Source: Hydrolagus affinis (lineage: Eukaryota). From it: a stretch of 64,000 nt of DNA. The stretch lies in the NCBI GenBank assembly GCA_012026655.1, contig JAAILG010000024.1, positions 62,001 to 126,000 on the forward strand. The letters run 5' to 3'. The notes below the pieces were generated by a model. The model searched no databases, was not told where the DNA came from, and saw only the letters and a list, made by a program, of their open reading frames with translations. Below, piece after piece: positions 1 to 12,899 of the stretch. The translations under genes were made by a program, and so were the position numbers. Position 1 is the first letter of the stretch. Every line of letters starts with the position of its first letter.

Positions 1-1288
1 ATGCCTTGTCACTTGCTTAACTGAACCCATCAGAGAGATTGCACTAATGAGCTGATCTTGATTTCATTCATTGTGAGGTTAATAGGTTAAATGGATTTGG
101 TTTACTTTATTTACTTTTCGTTGCAACAAAAAATGGTTGCCTTACAACCTGGCATTTTTTCTTTAAAAAAAACACTTGTATCCAACAACATATTTTGAAA
201 TTGAACTGTTGAAAGATTTGCATGCATTAATTGGCGAACTTTCAACAACAACAAAACACATTTAAATGATGCCCCTCACACACTTCACCCTTGGAGTGCT
301 GCACAGCGGTGGAGTACGTCACTGAGCAGGGCAAGATTGAGGTGACCATAGGTGTGGACGAAGGAATAGGTCTTAAGAGATTTAAAGACGCAATACATGC
401 ACAGCTCCTTAAATCAAATATACTTTTTTTTTGCAGTTTGGAAAGCAAATGGAATAAATCCAGTTCAAAAGCCTGTTGAGTACTAAAGCTCCATGTTATG
501 CCTCAGCCAGATTCTCAAAAGCTGTGATCTATTTTACTTTTGTCAGTAGATATATATTCAGACAAGGCAATAATAAATACCGAGTGCCAGAATCCTCAGG
601 CAACCACTGGACTGGCAAGTAAATCTCCTGGAAAAAAAGTCACCCGCCATCTATTAACTCAACATTCATCAGGAACTAGAGGATGCTTCTCCTTTTTATT
701 CTCGCTCTCAGTTTTACTAGTCTCACTAGTCGTGTGAGTAAAACTCTCCTGCATCTCCTTTGGAATTGAAGAAGAAATTACCCTTTTTTTTGAATGAAGT
801 TCGGTGTATTTTAAGCTGCACTGCTTTTCAATGGGCTTCGCTTAGCACTGTCTGTGCAATTCCCTTCTGCAGATTATGTTTAATTCAGAAAAGGTGACTG
901 TTGCTTCAGTTCAGTTTGACGGCTCCAGATTCAATAGAATTCTAATGTTTTCTACTTTGTGGCTGCAACATCACTCAAGCTATTTTGATTTGTTGCAAAA
1001 AATAAATCAGAAATAATTATTTAGTTATAAAAGGGGAGGGTGAGCAGAGTTCTTTAATAATTAAAGAGGCAATTGCTTCAATGGAGTTATTGAAATTCAG
1101 CTTTGTTGCAAACTTTGTGACACATAACACCCAGGCGCTCTCTGGCTCTTGATAATGCAAAGTGTTGTGTAAAACATTTCCTCCATTAGAAGATTTCTTT
1201 GATGTGGAAATGCCAGCTAAAATGCATTAATCACATCAACACCCAGGTCACAAACAGTGGATCAGTTCGACTGTCATTGCTGACTCTG

Positions 1289-1508
1289 AATAATAATAAT
1301 CCTTGAATTTGATGTAGCTCTTTTCACATCTTATTGACATCTCAAAGCCCTTCACGGAAAGTACTATAAAGTGAATTAACTGTATATTTGTGGGCGAAAC
1401 GTGGCAGCCAATTGCTCACAGCAGTGACCCACAAACAGTTGTAGATTGAAATGACCAATTTTTATTATTGTGGGTTTTTTTGGACAGATTATTCTTATTA
1501 TTAGGTGT
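1289..1508 (-). mobile_element. tRNA-derived SINE (DeuSINE-type 3' half), 5'-truncated
   Basis: Reverse complement of the family 3' part (gctgtgcgcaattggctgcc...atcaaatgcaaggattattatt); matches the copy at 14616-14950. Confidence 0.9.
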
Positions 1509-1549
1509 AATAAGGTAACACTGTAAGCATATATCTGCAGGAGTACCAG

Positions 1550-1900
1550 AAACACTGGTCTTCTGTGTTATGTGGTCAATCTATTTTGGCTTCAACAGAG
1601 ATCTGGGTTTTGCCTTTGGATTTTCACTTGTGTGCAATGAGATTATTTTTAAACCCAATTATTCCACTGTAGTATTTATAACAATCAAAGCTGTACCAGG
1701 CACCACTGAAAGCTGGTGAGTTATTCGCAACGTGAACAATCGTATGGGTGGTCCAATGCATTTCCAAGTAATGCACGATATGCTTTGTTGCGAGGTTGCC
1801 TTCAGTCAAAGCAAACCAAGGTGAGATCACTCACTCACCAAAGTGGCCCCATTGAGAAAACTTCCCATCATTTAATTTCCAGTCCCAAAAGAGGAATTAT
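1550..1900 (+). mobile_element. Ancient non-LTR retrotransposon RT relic
   Basis: PGTTESW then SYSQREQSYGWSNAFPSN...RGCLQS resembles GxxLxW-SYLxxRxQ...GVPQG; frameshifted. Confidence 0.45.
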
Positions 1901-2036
1901 CAGATCCAGAATACAAGATAAATGGCTGTCAAATGCAATGTTTAGGATTATTATTGTTATTAAAATTACATTGTAACATTTGCAATAATTCAACTCAGTG
2001 AACTGCATTGATTTGATAGGTCAGTGATTTGATATG

Positions 2037-2215
2037 GAGTCTTGTAGCTCAGTGGTTAGGGCACTCGCATTACAAGCAAGAGACCTGAGTTCAATTCCAG
2101 GCAGGGCGAAACCTTGGGCAAGTTTCCTTACTTCAAATGCCTAATAATAATCCCTACAAAAATATATAAATTGGCCATTTCAATCCACGACTGTTTGTGG
2201 AACATTGCTGTGTGC
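2037..2215 (+). mobile_element. tRNA-derived SINE, 5' half
   Basis: A box tagctcagtgg and B box gagttcaattcc, then the family body gggcgaaaccttgggcaagtttccttac. Confidence 0.9.
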
Positions 2216-2604
2216 ATGGGGAGTGGAGGGCGTGAGGTGATGAAAAGTACGGTGAAAAAGATTGGTCTTTAAGCAGGCACAAGTCACTATAAATGATTAG
2301 ACTCTGCCACTGTGAAGCACTCGGGACACTTTCCTGAGTGAAGGATACTATATAAATACCGTCCAGCATGGTTGGAGCTATATAAATCCAAGTTGTTGGT
2401 GGTGGTGGTTACGATGTTTAAAGATGACCAACTGTTCAAGAAAATCTCATACATTTCATGCTGTGGGTAATAATTCCGAGGGATAAATCCTAACACAACA
2501 TATTAACATATTAATGGTTTGGGCAAATGTACTTCAAAACTCTGGTGGTGTGAGCCAACACACGTCCATTTCAGGCTTTCTGTTCATCCACTGCATGTTA
2601 ATCC

Positions 2605-2665
2605 ACATCGGGACGTCCTCCCGATGTGAAAGGCGCTCTATAAATATAATTTTGTTGTTGTTGTA
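2605..2665 (+). mobile_element. L2 LINE 3' terminus
   Basis: gggacgtcctcccgatgtgaaaggcgctctataaat followed by (TTG)n; the same motif recurs many times in the window. Confidence 0.85.
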
Positions 2666-2669
2666 CATG

Positions 2670-3100
2670 TATTTGTTTCTAAAGCTCACTGGAGAAATCC
2701 TTCTTATATTTGTAATATTAACATTATTTTTAACATTACCAACTTCAGAGATGTTTGGGGTTAATATTTCCCCCCTTCCCCTCCCTCCCTCCCTCCCTGG
2801 CTTAAAGTGGTGAAAAATCATTTTCTATTAGTGTTAATTAATAAGTCGATAGTTTCAATTTGATAATGGATCATTTCCTTGTCTGTATCGGTGTAATTAC
2901 AGCTGCACATAAGATTTCTGGTACAGTAACTTTATCAATTGCTTCATTACTCTTGTCCATAAATATATGTATAGTTGAAACAGCCCCCTCCCCGTTTCAT
3001 GCAGAGTTCTGCATTAACATCACCTCATTCAGGACCTGTTTCTCAGGGCCAATGTAAATTCAATTTTTTTTTCCTGTAATAGATTTTTTTCACCTTATAA
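2670..3100 (+). mobile_element. Ancient non-LTR RT relic
   Basis: IMDHFLVCIGVITAAHKISGTV resembles MDxxxxxIGVFIDLxKAFDTV. Confidence 0.45.
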
Positions 3101-4178
3101 TGCGGTATAATCTTCTGTAACAAATGGAAAGTGTGCTTTTATTGGAGAAAATTCACATTTGTAGATTCTAAAGGTGCTATTTTAGGAACCATATAAATCT
3201 TTCTCACAAGCCGTGAGAGTTTTATGAATGTGGGCTGTGGTATCATGCTGAGCAATGCAAAAAATATGAAGTATATTCCTTTTTGTTTAACCAATGTAAT
3301 ATATCCAATTAATTTTCTTGTACTGTGATACTGTTACATATACTATGTCCCTGGTACTCCGTCTCCTCTTGCTAAGTACTTTCTCCAGTTCTCTAGTGTT
3401 TCTAAGTGTTTCTCTGCCTTGAGTGTCTTTGGTCACCCAAGTAAAGAGCTGAGCATCACCTCTCCCCACCCAGCTACCCAGCTACGTGTATGCATTAGTA
3501 TTGGAGAGTTCTGAAGAAGGATCAGGAGCAGTAAACCTGGCTAATTTTATGCTTCCAAACCATGAGATAAAGCACTTCCAGTTTGCCCACAATCCACAGA
3601 TTGGAATTCAAACCAACTATAGATCCAGGTCCTGTACCATTCGAATTGCCCCTAATTCAGCTATTTTTATTATTTTATTATGATTTTTAACATTTATTTA
3701 TGACTATAGACAAAAGTTCTGTTAATTCTAAGTAATTCAAGGTGAATTGAGCAACTGTAAATAAATCAGTTTTCGAACGGTGATTGTGCTGGTTTCATTT
3801 TACGATCACAATCTCAAAATATCTGTTCTCTTCTGTTTACATATAACTGTTCAGATCATTGTCCTAATAGTGTATTCAAGTGCTTCACAGATCATATTTA
3901 CTGACTCGCTGCATCAAAGACACTTTTAGATGTAAAATATTTCATTTAACAGAGCAGAGGAATTAAGATGTCACTTCAGAGCATGCAATGGAACTGTGGC
4001 AAGCTTAAATCATTTTGAAATGGGAGGCATTCTGTGGAAAGTTATTGTATCAATTTTTCACATAAGAATTGAGATGATTAGATCTAATGAACACAATATA
4101 TATTGCCACATATGAGCCATGAATATCAGAATTGAAGTATAATCTCTTTCAAAGGGATTTAAAATTCTCAGTATTTCT

Positions 4179-4450
4179 ATGAATCCAGGTGGAAATAAGC
4201 TCTCTTTAATAGATTTTCCGATTTCCTCAGGGTCTTATTGCTATGGCAGAGTTAGCTGTATAAGAACTGAAAAAAAAACTACAGTGAGTATTATGTGCGA
4301 TGGAAACTGTCAGCCATTGTCTAAACCTTCAATAGGGGGGGTTACAACTGGATCGTGTTTCATCACTTAAAGTACGGCTCTCCAGTGGATGGGGTTAATC
4401 TTCTGAACAAAACACAGAGGTGTGGAAGTTCTTGAAATGTATTTAGAAGC
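4179..4450 (+). mobile_element. Ancient non-LTR RT relic
   Basis: NKLSLIDF...CDGNCQPLSKPSIGGVTTGSCF resembles KLxxxG...GxxSxxxxxxxGVPQGS. Confidence 0.45.
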
Positions 4451-5344
4451 AGTAATTGTTCTTGTGTCTTTGCTTTTGGGAAAAACAAACACTGTTTTGA
4501 TTGTGGCTTCGTTAGACATTTTACCAACAATCCGCTTTACGGTGAAGCGCTTTGAGATGTTCAACGAAGTGATAAATTGCCATATCAAACCCAAATAGCA
4601 TTGTTGTTATTATTATAAGGGAAGTCTTTGCTGGGGAAAGGAACATTATTGGCTTTCTGCACTTACTATTAACATCAAACATTCTCGGATCAGGTGTGAC
4701 ACAAATTAATTGGCTGTAAAGTTAAATTTCCAAGTAATAATCCATAGCTCTAACCTCAGAGAGGAACCATTACCAGAGTCTCTCAGTGCAATTGCCTATT
4801 TAAAGTTTAGGTTGACCATGTGAATTAGCTGTAGCTCGGTGCTACGGACCTGTACCCAGTCATTACTGATAGATCTCAACCCATGGATCCTCATCATCAA
4901 AGCTTTTCGAACGTACCACTCATTTAATTCCCACCTCTCTGTGATTCAGGTGATGTGAAAGCATTTCTTTCCACGCAATGTTTCTCCTAGCTACCTTGGC
5001 AAATGGCGAATGTATCTTTCCACTGGCGTTGCTTTTAAGAAAAACATCCCGGCAAAGAAAAAAAGGGATTCCATGTTTCAAATTGCAATGAATCGATCCA
5101 TTTTCCATAAACGTTAAGACAGCGGTCTTCAGGCTAATTAGGCCCATGAGAAATTTCAGGCAGGCCCCTGGTGGTTTCATTAAATGTGGTGATTGGAATC
5201 AGTGGAGCTTTGGAATGCTACACACCATTTGCTTTGACGAGCACAGCTTCTGATTGCTGGTTAAGTTATTTAACTTACCAGGACAAGAAGAGATGCCAAG
5301 AAAAAGTAAACCTGCTGAGTGCGCTTGAATGCGAAGGATCGGAT

Positions 5345-5600
5345 TTTAGTGACTCGAGGCCAATTGAGTGATTCTCTGTGGGGGTCTCGCAGTTCAGGAT
5401 CACTTTGGTTGAAGCAAAAATTGGCCCAATAGCTCAGCTGCACTAACTTTAGAAATGGGAGGATCAGCCAGGTCTTGGTCTCGCAATCACCTGCAATGCT
5501 ACTGCATCCAAGACTGTCAAGTGAAAATGGATTAGCATTTTTCAATGCCATAGGCAATTGCAGCCTATTCTATTCCAGAGCTATCCTGATAAAAGCAAGT
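5345..5600 (+). mobile_element. Degenerate LF-SINE-like ancient SINE fragment
   Basis: aattggccc...gggaggatcagccaggtc...atcac resembles my recollection of the LF-SINE-related core; highly diverged. Confidence 0.35.
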
Positions 5601-5900
5601 TTTATCCATGGATAGATTTGTCCGCGTTCATTTGGACGAACTAAATTGCTGAGGAATTCAGAGGAAAAATAAATTGTTTTCTCCTGTTCCACTACACAAA
5701 CCATGATAGCAAAGATGCTGTGGCCATCTTAGAGAGATGCTTAACTGTAATAGATTTTGCTTTCAGAAAGTTAGTGTGTTTGGCCTTATTTATTTCGCCA
5801 CTTGATAAATAAAATACTCCGAGGGTAGCAGCATTGTGTCGGAGTGGAACAGCTCTGGAATCAATTAAGAAAAGTAGAAAGGTGAATTCTTGAATTGATG

Positions 5901-5918
5901 GTGTGTGTGTGTGTGTGT
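5901..5918. repeat. (GT)9 microsatellite
   Basis: Read directly from the sequence. Confidence 0.95.
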
Positions 5919-6199
5919 AGCAAGCAAAAAGAAATGAACTTGCTCTTTTTAAGAATCTATAGTGCACGTTTTAGTCATTTATCATATGAGGATATCACAG
6001 AACAAAGCCACAGTTACAAAAACATAATGCTTGAAATATTAGGATAAATCACTCACTTAATAATCCTTCCCTTTGCAGTAAAGTAGCCAAAGTAAAAGTG
6101 CCATCGTTCAAACATTACTCTCGTAACTACAGTGTATTAAGGTCATGGCTTGAATGTTCAGACTAAATTCTCTGAGTTCTGTTGAGAGTCAGTCTATAA

Positions 6200-7170
6200 T
6201 GTCCTTGTATGATTTTTGTTGGAATCAATCTTCTAGAAAACTATGATTCCTTTGGCAGAGATCCAAAGGGCAACGTGGGACAGAATATTGATCTCATGTG
6301 GGGATGGTTTAAATACCACAAGGAATGTGATGGCACAGCAAACAATGTGTTGTTGTCCAGTTGTGAAGTAAGGTATAATGATGGTCTATGGATTTTGTTT
6401 GCGGAATTCTGCCTATTACAGTATAAAGAAATGAAAAGAAGCCAAGCCTATAAGTATGACACATTCTGCTTACAGTGTCAACAACACTCCAAAAAAAACT
6501 GCAACTTGATACAATCAGGGTGAAGTAGATAAGGCTTTTGTGAGATGATGCAATGTGGAAAAACGCACAGAAACAATATTATGGATCAGCATATCTTACA
6601 TCTCCATAACATAAAATATAAATCAGCAGCAGTCTTTGAGCATACCAGTCTTAATCAGAAATACCCCTCTTCCATTCGAGTTTGATCTTCTCCACGTTAG
6701 CCTGTTTCCTGAAAGATATGCTGGCATTTATGTCACAGTGAAATGCAATACAAATCAAATATTTTCTGCAGCATTTGAGTTGAAGACATTTGAAGACTTT
6801 GGAAATAGCTCACTCTGTAGAAAACATGTGGAAACAAATTTGTTTGCAAACAACTTGCTGAAAGCAATCAAAAGATTGGTGAATCTACCAAACACTTCTT
6901 AAAGAAATGCTATGTAGCTGGAATTATCAAAATGAAAAACGTGGTAACTATTTACAGGCAGAGTGCTATGAAAATTCCCATTGCAACACAACTTACTCAA
7001 ATGGGAAGAAACTCATAATAGCACAAATTGTGGCTTGAAGATGTTTCGATATTTTTCATCCACATATTGCAAATTTATTTGCGTGTGTTCTCAAGCACTG
7101 TTTGAAATACATCACCACAAACAAGAATTGTGTATGTTTTTAATGGTAACTATAGGTCACGATTGAGTTT
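6200..7170 (+). mobile_element. Ancient non-LTR RT relic (L2/Crack-like)
   Basis: Colinear motifs: IFVGINLLENYDSF (GIFIDLxKAFD), WGWFKYH (LxWFxSY), NNVLLSSCEVRY, NTNQIFSA (DDTNIF), LFANNL (LxANKL), HNLLKWEETH (xxLxWxxH). Confidence 0.6.
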
Positions 7171-7989
7171 AAAATGTCCCATTTGTAGTCATAAATTGTT
7201 GGTCAATGTGGGCCAAAATGCATAACGTATCAAATTTTATTCTAAGCCCCCACTTGGATGAGTAAACAGGTGTTACTGCATTCAATTTCAGAATACTTTT
7301 TCATTGTACATTGTACTACATATGCTTCATACTGAACTCTCTTCAGTCTCTGATGAGAACTATTTGGAGCAAGTAACCATATCATACCATTTCAGCACTA
7401 TAAAAAGTGGCATAAATCCAGCCTGGGCCAATAAAATTATGCTGTCTGCTCCCTGCCAGATCCTAAGTGAAATGTGTTTGGACAGTTCCAACTCAGTTCC
7501 TAGAGGGCATCAGCCTTTGGTGCAAATCTGCCCATCATTTACAGTTAATTGGCACTGATTTCACACTCATCCAGAGAAAACTCAACCATGAGAATGACTG
7601 ATTAAATGGAATATCGCATGGCTTTAAGCATTGGTCTTTATCCCTCTTAAGTGTTACATGGAATAATCCACAGTCCTCCCAATCTCATACTCCACTGATT
7701 ATTTCCACATCGCCTTCCACAATAAAAAAAAATGTTTTAACTAGTTTTAACTAGTTCTTTCAAATAGTTAAAAAAAATAATAATAATTCTCGCCTTTGAT
7801 AACAGTGTCTGATCACATCACCGAAAGATCTTCAAAGCTCCTCACAGCATTTACTGCAGAATGTAGTGACTCTTGTGGTCGATATTTCTGTCACTAAAGT
7901 CGGCAAACACAAGAATGTTAGGTCTTGAGAGACATCCGTTTGCAGAAATGCAGTGGATGTGGGAACAAACTTCTCATTTTAAAAGAAAG

Positions 7990-8330
7990 TAGCTGATGTA
8001 TTTTCTAACTCTGTTTCAAAGGAATTTAATATATTTCAAAAATAACAGTAAGATTATTGAGATGACTTGCAGATCGCAGGGTAAGTCTGCATCCATGGTT
8101 TTCATTTGGTTCCTGTCAGCTAATGGAAGAGTTATTGGTCTTCTTTTCTTCGAGCTTTTGATCTGTGTTCACTCATAACTTTCAGAGGGAGATTGATTTT
8201 CGTTTAATATGATACACGGTGCATGGGCTTCCACGGGCTAAAAAGGCTATTTTCCAATTCAGTACTCGCTTGTGTTCTTAAAACACTCCTTTATTATTTA
8301 CATGGTCTTATCCTTACTGATAGCTGTGAG
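7990..8330 (+). mobile_element. Ancient non-LTR RT relic
   Basis: QGKSASMVFIWFLSANGRV (GKxxxxVFLDFxKAFDRV) followed by SFIIYM (LFIIYMND). Confidence 0.5.
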
Positions 8331-9065
8331 TAATAAGATCATCCAGAGGGACATTCATTATAACAGTGCATACACACAATTAGCACTACATTCATTCTTT
8401 TCAATTCTCTACTCAATTCAAGATATCTGTCTCCCTGCCAGTTGCAATTGGCTCCAAATGATGGGATCATTGGATTTATTTGATCATGTAGCACAATGCC
8501 AATTCCAACTGCTCTTACATTTATCATTATCCTCTTGAAAGGTTCATTCAGTGCTATTGGCTGTTACAGAATCCCTTACTAGTCCTCTTGTGTCTTGTTC
8601 TATCCTTGTTTCTGGTGTCGCAGAGCAAAATATGCCTGCACTGGGAGGCAGGGGACAGATACCAAGAGAATTGTTCAAAGCTACAGGAACAGTGTAAGTT
8701 ATAAATTGTTTTACAGAACTCAGGCCACCACAGGTGGCATTTCAGAAAGCTCTGCCAAGCTGCAAAATGACATTCACTAGGAGATTAAATTACAAGAGCG
8801 AGAAGCTGCAGAAGAGACTGCTCTGATGGTAAATGTCCTACTAGACCAGATAGACAGGCCAATTATTTGGAGATTCAGCTTTGATAAACAGATGACAGTG
8901 GATATCCATGATTAGCTCAAAGGGGAGCATGACCCTTTACTCTGATTGGGCTTGTAATGGCAACAACAAATTCGTCACTTGGGCAGAAAACTTGCATTTA
9001 TATAGCGCCTCTCACCCAGAGTACTTACTCAGCAATTGCCCCATCACAAGTTACATATTTTACAT

Positions 9066-9147
9066 GATTGCTCTTTTCAAAGAGCCGGCACAGACTCGAT
9101 GGGCCGAATGAACTCCTTTTGTGCTATAAAATTCTATGAATCTATGA
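9066..9147 (+). mobile_element. CR1 LINE 3' end
   Basis: agagccggcacagactcgatgggccgaatg...(attctatg)-type terminal repeat. Confidence 0.85.
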
Positions 9148-9599
9148 AGTCATACGAGTGAATTCTCCATTAATTTCAGAAACTGTGTCAGCTGACATTA
9201 AAATACCTGCTAACATCAGAATTTTATTTGATTTAATTAGGAACAGATTGATTCCATTACATTCCATTACTATGGAAAAAAGCATCACAGACATTGCGCG
9301 CATTGAAATAACTCTTAACGCTGGAGGATGAATTCTGCAGTTTCCTCACTGATTTTAATTCCTCTGCCAATTCTGGTTGTATAATGGGATTAATATGATA
9401 CTGCCACCTTCTCAGCAACCCTTCTGAAATAATGTCCTTTGAATGAAAGTGTTAGGGATGAGAATTTAGAGCTTGGAAGGAGATTGAGTTAGATTTGGTT
9501 GATCTTGTATTTGATACTAATGTACCCAAACAAAGCAATCAATTATTTCTTTGATGACTGTATATGGATTCTGAAGCCCTGATAAATTGACCTGAATAT

Positions 9600-12050
9600 A
9601 GTTCTGACTGTGGGGAATATTCATTACCATTTTGATACTTTCAGCACAATTGTATGCTAATGCTCAAAAACTGTTAAATACCACAAAGCAACCATTTCAG
9701 TTATTTCAGTGTTTATTTTTGGCTAATCTGCATTTGTGCACACTGAACAGAAATAGCTTGGGGGCATGGAACTGCAATTTTTTAAGTAACCATGATTTTC
9801 TTGCTAAATGCAGAAAGAAATCTAAAATATGGTTTTGCCAATATGGTCTAATTTTTCGAGTAGCTCAAATAAACACTCAATTTGTAACTTTGTGACGGTT
9901 GCCACATCAACAAAAAATAAAACAACAAAATTACATTTTGATAGCATCTGGAGGACGTGCTGAGGAGCTGATTAAATGTAAGTTGTTGATGATATCCAGC
10001 CACTACTTAAGACTTGAGAAACCTCATGGTGAAAAAGGCACTTCATATGGATTTGATCACTGCAAATCTGTTATAAAACATGGCATTTTACACTCCTATA
10101 AAATATATACATGTCATCTACCAAAAGCATATTATGCTTTGGAGACAATAATAGAGCTTCCTTGATCTGGGAATAGACATAGGTTTTGTATATTTAACCA
10201 AAGAGAAGGGATTCCTCTTGATGAGGAAAATAGGCTTTTATAGCTATCTTTTTCTTCCATGTGTAGTAGGGGCACTTTGAACACAAAACACTATCCTTTA
10301 TTTTATCCTTAACATTGAAAAGGAAAAAGAAAACCTAGAACTATCTGAACATAATGCGATCTGACGATTCGGTCTTTTCAATCACCGCCTTATTAAAACA
10401 TTATATCCTTCTTTCCATGTTTTGTTTTCTCCCTTTCCATTCAATCCATTCTTTAAATTCCAACGCAGGGAATTTATTCTAATCTCTTTGGATATTGCAA
10501 GATGCAAAGCTGCAATAACATTACCTGTGATGAATAGCAATACCTCTAAAAACACAGGAATAACAGAGGAATGACAGGTTTATTTGTCCAGTAATTCATC
10601 AAAGCAAAGTTTCCAAACCTAGATGCTGAATCTTTCCATTAGATTTCAAAAATGAAACTCAAACTAATCACAATCGAACACTGTGAAAACAGGTTGCATT
10701 ACAGGCAATGGCTTGACCAATACTTCCTTCAGTCGCTAATGAAATCCATCTGCCTCTTCACCTCTGACCATTATTAGGCCGTCACATCTATTTAATTTTG
10801 CAGAGTGTCATTCTGATTGTCAACACTTCAGAAATACGCGAATGAATTAATTTGAATTTGTTTTACAAAATTGGAAACAAAAGAACTGCAGAACATCATT
10901 CCTTCTGAGACTGAATTGATTGTTTCTCATTTTATACAATAATTTATAAAGGCGCCAAGCCAGCTCTCTGTATAGAAATAACCATTTGTAGTCACAATAT
11001 TTTTGTACCATTTATTTGGCTTTCAAGTTTTTGATATACAAATGATTTACCAATTAATCCTTAGGCATATTATGTGATGTAAAATTCCACCTATGCCTCG
11101 ATTTACTCTATTCACATAGCATCTCACAGCATCCAAAATAAAGTAATTCAATCTCTGCACACAAGCAGATGCATTGTCAATTATAGTTCTTAATTGTCCT
11201 AAGCGTTTTTGGCAACAGTACTGAAATTTTATCATGCACGGACAGATTTTTTAAAATATGCTCAGATAAGATTTCATGACAGTAACTACACAAGTACTCA
11301 CTTTTTTGGTGTTTGTGGGTCCTGAAATATTCTTCTTTATACCAGCTTGCTTTATTTTAGAAATTATTCAGTGCGCTTTTGTATTCAAAGCAAATACAAT
11401 GTCTAAATCAATACCACTGGAGTACAACCTTTGCCAGGTACACTTGATGGACCATTGGCAGTTATATTTCTTCTGTTCAATTTTGCTGATTGAGCCAAAA
11501 TACTGATTCTCCAGCGCCTTGGGACGTCCTCCTGACGTGAAAGGTGCTATACAAATGTCATTTTGTTGTTGTGGTTGCTGCTGCCTTCAATTGACCTTCA
11601 GTTTCAATGGTTTTGAGTTCCGCTTCCTAATGAAAAGACCAAGATTGTACACGAGTGAATAACTAGCCGTGTGTTTGGGCAGCTTAAGTGTTTGAATATG
11701 TAAATATGTAAAGTGGTAAAAAAAAACGCTGTACAATATTAATGCCGGTTCATACTTCTCCAAAGTGTCACCTTGATTTCTGCTGTGAGGGTCTCAATCA
11801 GCTAGAAGTACTTATATCATATTATTCACATTTGGATTGACACTGAAATGAGAAATTTGGAGTCACATTCGAGAGCTTCCTGGCATTTATGATTTCAAGT
11901 TTTATTTCTTTCCAATCAACAGTTTGCGGCAGCTTTCAGGAACTCTTACTGCTTGCCCTTGATCATATTTCAATGCCTTGTACACATTTCTTAAACATCT
12001 CCAGACAGACAGTGCAACTCTGCAACATCCATTCTTCCACTACGTATTCT
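9600..12050 (+). mobile_element. Near-complete ancient LINE ORF2 relic (APE endonuclease plus RT), interrupted by an L2 tail at ~11512-11575
   Basis: Motifs in the correct order: LCTLNRNSL, IWFCQ, SGGRAEELIK, YKIYTCHLP (endonuclease); IIYKGAK, IIVLNCPKRF, PGTLDGPLAVIF, HIWIDTEMR, NALYTFL (RT); many frameshifts. Confidence 0.6.
11512..11575 (+). mobile_element. L2 LINE 3' terminus
   Basis: cagcgccttgggacgtcctcctgacgtgaaagg...ttttgttgttg. Confidence 0.85.
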
Positions 12051-12056
12051 TATTAA

Positions 12057-12300
12057 TATAGGAACATAGGAGGAGGAGTAAGTGCATTTACTGGACTTTT
12101 ATCCACATCTCTTCCCTAACAGATATCCTTCAGCCTCAGAGTGGCAAATTCCAATCAAACCAACGTCCACAGCCTTCTAGAAGAGAGACCAATGCTTTGT
12201 GTGAAAAAAAAATATTGTAAAGTAAAAGATCTTGTGGAGCAAGGAGACCACCTCCTGTGATTTAGGAATGCCCTGGCAAATTGAATCACCTCTCCTTTTA
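12057..12300 (-). mobile_element. CR1 LINE 3' fragment, degenerate
   Basis: ataggaacataggagg start plus tccacagcc...tgtgtgaaaaa, typical of a reversed CR1 3' end. Confidence 0.6.
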
Positions 12301-12899
12301 ATATTTATAACTGGTGCCTTGGCAAGTCTGTGTTTTTGACACAATTAAGAAACAAATGGGATTGACCTCCTCCTGTCAGGTTAGCTTTGCATCTTACATT
12401 ATGTAATGAAGATGTGAGCCACAGTATGCGTGATACTGATCAGCTTTTTACTTTCAGAAAAGTTTGCTAATCTATCAAAGGTTCAGTCTCACAGAGGGAA
12501 TACAATGAGGGAATATTGAATCAAAAGTAACAGGATCATGAATCTTTGCCCTGGTATTTTGATCTTATCAAGATTTGATATATAACCCACATTCACCCAC
12601 TTAATCTATATCATGAACATACTAAATTTAGAATTTTAAAAACATAGGGAATGAAAGCTTGTTTGAAAAGAAAAAGAGATTGGCACATTTTAACAAAATG
12701 TGTTTTTTTTTGTGGGAAATGAACACAAGAAACTTTTTTAAGAAAACATAAAAGCATCTATTCTGACACTTCTCTCGGGGAATGAGTGGTGTTTTTATTT
12801 GTTGTGAAAGGGCAGCAGCCATGAAGGTGTATCTGAATAATAGAAAGATTCATGTGTAGGAATTCACTTTGGGGTTGCAAAACAAAATTCATCCCACAT

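Noticed and set aside
3505-3545. Hammerhead ribozyme (ctgaagaagg...)
   Set aside because: No intact stem II or GAAA core; the same applies to ctgatgag at ~50861 and the region upstream of the Penelope-like fragment
8624-8693. 70-nt plus-strand exon candidate
   Set aside because: Splice-like ends but no recognisable peptide or partner exons; unsupported
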